NCBI GenBank assembly: GCA_018646625.1 | Contig: JABGUJ010000001.1 | Coordinates: 379,534-443,533, forward strand | DNA: 64,000 nucleotides | Direction of reading: 5' to 3' | Source: Candidatus Woesearchaeota archaeon | Lineage (GTDB): Archaea; Nanobdellota; Nanobdellia; Woesearchaeales; JABGUJ01 | Part shown: positions 60,904 through 64,000 of the stretch, piece after piece | Position numbering within the stretch: position 1 is the stretch's first letter | Layout: every line of letters starts with the position of its first letter | The notes under the pieces: generated by a model | What the model saw: the letters and a program-made list of their open reading frames with translations, nothing else | Told to the model about the DNA's origin: nothing | The model's database searches: none | Position numbers and translations under genes: made by a program

Positions 60904-62070
60904 TTATTTCCTTATAAGCTTTACTAGGTTTTTCACGTCTAAGCCAAAGTGTTGCTTTTTTTCTCTGATATCTTCAAGATCTTTATTGAGTTTTTCTAGA
61001 TCTTTCTTAAATTCATCACTATCATCTAGATCCAAAATTCTGCTTCGTCGTATCAATTCTAATAATTTTCCTTTCAACAATTTTTCATCATAACTTATCT
61101 TACCGAGCATAATTGATATTGATGATTTCTTTTCAGAATATGATTTAAACTTGTCCGGTATTCCTTCTAAATCATTTAATTCTTTAGAGAGTTTAACGTC
61201 TTCTTCTTGCATTTTGTTTCTGATTTCTTCGTGAGCATCATTCAATTCCGCTTGTTGGTCCTTAGAATTCTCAATAATTTCGCTAAGAACCTTATGGTCC
61301 GCATCCAATTCACCTTTCAATTTCAGATATGTTGACTCAAGCTGTTGTAGCCTCAGTTTCTCTTCAAGGATCGCTTTATCTTTGGTTTTAGCAATCTTTG
61401 CTGATTCTGCCGTTATCAATGATTTTATTTTTGCAAGACGTTCATTAAGAAATCGTTCATTATTCTTAATCATCTCCAACTCTTCGTGATCCATATCCAG
61501 GAATTTCTTAGAAATATCTGTTTCTTTAGCAATATGTTTGTAGAATCCTTCAACTGCCGATCTTTTCTTAGCCAGTCTGGATGAAATCAAATCAAGTTTT
61601 TGAATATAATTTTGAGCATTATCTTCTATAACCTTATCCATCTTATCTTTTTTCTCTTCTAAGTGCTTTAGCTTATCTATATCATCTTTAACTTTTTTTA
61701 ATCTACTTTGAAACTTCCCGCCTATGCTGTCTAGTAGCTTTCTTAGTGACTCTATTTCTTCTTCTAAAACTCTGAAGTAGTTCAACGTACTCTCTGCCTT
61801 CCTACGAAATATTGATCGCTCTTCTCGCAATCTTACATCAATCTCTTTTTTCTCAGAATCAGAAACGTCTTTTCTACTAAGATAAGGCACAGTAAATCTA
61901 TATTTAACTGCTATTACCCCTTCTTCTTCTAGAAATGAACTCCACTCATTTATTGTGGGAAGTGATACTCCTAAACGAACAGACGCTTGTTTAGCGGAAA
62001 TAGTACCTTCTGATTTAACAAGTTCAACTAGCGCATCAACGCCTGTTTGTATCACTTTACTTCTAACCAT
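60904..62070 (-). CDS. Hypothetical protein with an N-terminal winged-HTH-like domain and a long coiled coil
   Basis: 'TGVDALVELVK..G.IS..QAS..LGVS..TI.EW..FLEEEG.I'; K/E-rich heptads. Confidence 0.75.
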   Translation of the reverse strand: MVRSKVIQTGVDALVELVKSEGTISAKQASVRLGVSLPTINEWSSFLEEEGVIAVKYRFTVPYLSRKDVSDSEKKEIDVRLREERSIFRRKAESTLNYFRVLEEEIESLRKLLDSIGGKFQSRLKKVKDDIDKLKHLEEKKDKMDKVIEDNAQNYIQKLDLISSRLAKKRSAVEGFYKHIAKETDISKKFLDMDHEELEMIKNNERFLNERLAKIKSLITAESAKIAKTKDKAILEEKLRLQQLESTYLKLKGELDADHKVLSEIIENSKDQQAELNDAHEEIRNKMQEEDVKLSKELNDLEGIPDKFKSYSEKKSSISIMLGKISYDEKLLKGKLLELIRRSRILDLDDSDEFKKDLEKLNKDLEDIREKKQHFGLDVKNLVKLIRK

Positions 62071-62143
62071 TGTTAAGCACTATAACCTCTGTATTTAGCT
62101 AATATAGACCTTAACCGTTAGGTCTTTATAAAAAGCTATTCTT

Positions 62144-63118
62144 TTAAATTACTAAATCATCCACATCATACTTATCTAAATGACTGTTAACTGATTCATT
62201 ATCAAGTCTAAACCAGCTAGACATGTTTTGTATCTGATGTGCGGTTCTGCCAGGATATCCCCAATAAACATAATCCACCATACTTCTCCCAGATTGATAG
62301 AAGTTAGGCTCAATCTCAGGATATGTTATATCCAGATCAATCAAGTCTTGTCCATAAATTATACTTTCAATACCATATTCTGATGAGTTAAGATCACCTT
62401 CCAATCTCATCAGATAGCTAGGCCCTTCTTCATGTGGTGAGTAATAACTTCCATTTGTATAAATCTGCAAATTAGTTGTATCTCCATCACTAACATATGA
62501 AGAGAAACTCGAAACAACAATAAAGCTTCTAAGATAACCGTTTGTTCTTATTGTGTAAACAGGATCTTCAAATCCTGAAATATAAACTCTAGCACTCACC
62601 GGAACACTTCTTGTCCATCTTGCGGTGCCTTTACTATCTGTAACATTATATGTAACATTAAGATAAACTGAAACATAAAACGGACTATCATGAGATACTG
62701 CCTGGCTATTGATTGTCAGATTAAACACAATATCTAATTTCGCTGCTTCCAGTTGCATCTTTTCTAACCAATCATCAAAGGTATTATTCACCATAATTGT
62801 AATACTATCTCCATACAAACTTCCGTTATTAAAAAGTTCAAAGAAATCAACTGAAACGTTATCAACATATTCTCCCGCAGATGCATAATCTGCCAACCCC
62901 AGTAGTGCTCTATATCCTGAAATTTCAACGCCTCTGCTAATATCTAATTCTACATCACTAGCAAACGCATCCATAGTTCTTATACGGGTATCAAGAATAA
63001 ATGATTGACTCCTAAGACTTCCTTCTTGTTCTAGTGCGACTGTCAAAATTAACAAACCCATGAAGACTACTGCAATATACGTAAAGAAAATTCCTTTTTT
63101 ACTTTTCATCATGTCCAT
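62144..63118 (-). CDS. Class III signal peptide (minor pilin-like) protein
   Basis: 'KSKKG/IFFT' followed by a hydrophobic helix; located in the pilus locus. Confidence 0.72.
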   Translation of the reverse strand: MDMMKSKKGIFFTYIAVVFMGLLILTVALEQEGSLRSQSFILDTRIRTMDAFASDVELDISRGVEISGYRALLGLADYASAGEYVDNVSVDFFELFNNGSLYGDSITIMVNNTFDDWLEKMQLEAAKLDIVFNLTINSQAVSHDSPFYVSVYLNVTYNVTDSKGTARWTRSVPVSARVYISGFEDPVYTIRTNGYLRSFIVVSSFSSYVSDGDTTNLQIYTNGSYYSPHEEGPSYLMRLEGDLNSSEYGIESIIYGQDLIDLDITYPEIEPNFYQSGRSMVDYVYWGYPGRTAHQIQNMSSWFRLDNESVNSHLDKYDVDDLVI

Positions 63119-63999
63119 ACTCTCACCTCAACAAGAGCCGGACCCCATAAACTTGGAACATCGCTTTGATTATTAACATCTGTATCTATGTTTGATGCGT
63201 TAAAGAATGGACCAACCAAATCTGCTAATCTTTGTTCTGCATCATCAACTGCTTCTTGTGCGGTAGAAAACACACCACCTATACCAACTCTGGAAGGTAC
63301 ATAAAAACTATAATCAATTGTAGACTCCGGTCTAATTATATTTCCTCCTAAGTCTCTTAAACGAATATAATTAGTAGCAGTCTCTGATAGTGATAGATAA
63401 TTCTCTGGAATGTAGACCGTTGTTGGAACGTCTCTTGCTGCAGGAGTTTCAAAAACTTCATTACCTGGAGGATTAGATGTGCCTGCACTAACTTCCAAAG
63501 AATATGATGTGGTTTGAACAATATTGGCTTTTACGTCGCCCATATCCGTTGCACCCGCGGGAAAAGAAAAACTAGTAGTCTTATCTGAGGAAGATCCTCC
63601 ACCAAACTCAAAAGAATCTGTGACTTTTATGCTTCCATATTCTGGAATGTTATCAGTCATGGTATAGTTTACTTCAACATAAGAAGATCCGCTTGGATCA
63701 TTAAATGGATCTGAATAAATGCTAACCTCTGTTTCACCCCAACGATAATCTCCATAATTATTGAAATAAACTATTATGGTATTTGTACCATCTATGAGAT
63801 CATTCGCAACTTGATTAGGAGAATATCTATATACCTCATTAGATGCTGGATGATTATCCGAATCAAACGGCGAGTCATCATTCAAGAACATAATATAATC
63901 ATAGTCTCGCATCCTTCTCCAGCCATTCCATGATGCGAACCGACCAAACCACCACCATCCTGAATTATAATCATAAATATCATGTCCTACTACTTGAAC
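63109..63999 (-). CDS. Large extracellular pilus-locus protein, C-terminal part (5' end outside the window)
   Basis: Frame stays open upstream of ATG 63912 to the window edge (VQVVGHDIYDYNSGWWWF...); ends 'WGPALVEVRVWT'. Confidence 0.7.
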   Translation of the reverse strand, partial: VQVVGHDIYDYNSGWWWFGRFASWNGWRRMRDYDYIMFLNDDSPFDSDNHPASNEVYRYSPNQVANDLIDGTNTIIVYFNNYGDYRWGETEVSIYSDPFNDPSGSSYVEVNYTMTDNIPEYGSIKVTDSFEFGGGSSSDKTTSFSFPAGATDMGDVKANIVQTTSYSLEVSAGTSNPPGNEVFETPAARDVPTTVYIPENYLSLSETATNYIRLRDLGGNIIRPESTIDYSFYVPSRVGIGGVFSTAQEAVDDAEQRLADLVGPFFNASNIDTDVNNQSDVPSLWGPALVEVRVWT

Positions 64000-64000
64000 A

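Noticed and set aside
403..60927. Numerous short alternative-frame and antisense ORFs in the track
   Set aside because: They are shadows of longer, motif-supported genes and lack recognisable features

Overview
Archaeal chromosomal DNA, most consistent with a DPANN (Woesearchaeota-like) genome. Supporting signs are Nop5 plus fibrillarin, ABCE1/RLI, secF-secD order, an archaeal-type ValRS, a CCA-less tRNA-Thr(CGU), TATA/BRE promoters often ~25-30 nt before start codons, and class III signal peptide pilins. From left to right the window holds: a 3746-aa Asn/Thr-rich surface glycoprotein and a PGF-pre-PGF-like anchored partner; TrmI; a K+-channel/glucokinase/GH15 operon; ABCE1; a tRNA and a radical SAM gene; a PadR-led MacB-type ABC operon; a cluster of small and acidic membrane-anchored unknowns; housekeeping genes (FKBP, M50, pyrG, secFD, pyrH, nop5, fibrillarin, cysS, valS, a two-component pair); and a type IV pilus locus that runs off the right edge. 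The most striking unexplained signals are: (1) a complete four-subunit pyruvate:ferredoxin oxidoreductase-like operon in which all ORFs are intact but alpha, beta and gamma have lost their catalytic and cofactor motifs, while the ferredoxin subunit is intact and a Zn-finger gene is inserted; (2) two adjacent surface proteins, each built of three Cys-bounded ~105-108-aa acidic coiled-coil units; (3) repeated Nup98/PIDD-like HF[S/T] motifs in the giant protein; (4) an 84-bp near-identical DNA block shared by two otherwise divergent pilins; (5) a stand-alone voltage-sensor-like ORF divergent from a K+ pore gene. No CRISPR array, rRNA, integrase, transposase or reverse transcriptase was seen. All calls come from motif recognition by eye; no database searches were run.
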